Origin: Raja brachyura
Lineage: Eukaryota
Assembly: GCA_963514005.1 (NCBI GenBank)
Contig: OY740804.1
Location: forward strand, 30,690,001 to 30,754,000
Length of the DNA stretch: 64,000 nucleotides
Reading direction: 5' to 3'
Below are positions 63,860 to 64,000 of the stretch, in pieces (the stretch's first letter is position 1; each line of letters begins with the position of its first letter). Under the pieces are notes generated by a model. It saw only the letters and a program-made list of their open reading frames with translations. It was not told where the DNA came from and searched no databases. The translations under genes and the position numbers were made by a program.

Positions 63860-64000
63860 AGATAGCCGACCGGATAGAAAATTGGCTTCATGGAAGGAAG
63901 CCGAGTGTGATGGTGGAAGGTTGTTTATTGGGCTGGAGGCCTATGACTCGTGGTGTGCCGCAAGGACACATTGTTGTTTGTCATTTATATCAATGATTTG
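63860..64000 (+). mobile_element. CR1 RT fragment running off the window end
   Basis: IENWLHGRK..VMVEGC...WRPMTRGVPQG. Confidence 0.8.

Noticed and set aside
257-63860. Recurrent ACACAAAATGCTGGAGTAACTCAGCGGG repeat as a CRISPR-like array or conserved peptide (DTKCWSNSAGQAASLE)
   Set aside because: Dispersed, on both strands, irregularly spaced and traceable to the Penelope 3' UTR; the host is eukaryotic.

Overview
Repeat-rich non-coding vertebrate DNA (intergenic or intronic), most likely from a cartilaginous fish such as a skate or ray, judged from HE1-type V-SINEs, CR1/HER1-like LINEs, a SacSINE1-like Deu-SINE and Penelope repeats. No host exon could be supported. The main elements are: (1) a complete DIRS1-type tyrosine-recombinase retrotransposon at 2298-7657 (minus strand) with uninterrupted gag, RT-RNaseH-methyltransferase and YR ORFs, very short ITRs, an internal complementary region and ATT ends; (2) a young CR1 LINE at about 27700-30740 with one nonsense codon in ORF2; (3) dozens of short Penelope-derived inserts carrying a minimal hammerhead-ribozyme motif, often fold-back and with 11-21 bp target duplications; (4) at least 8 PIF/Harbinger-type MITEs that share a 14-bp terminal repeat and, in five cases, an internal palindrome; (5) V-SINEs, Rex1/Babar fragments, a Deu-SINE and a 200-N gap. 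The most notable inference is a phase-0 GT-AG intron in the DIRS element that would splice the pol start (ATG AAG) directly onto the ATG-less N-terminus of the recombinase ORF. Family assignments come from motif recognition by eye, without database searches.
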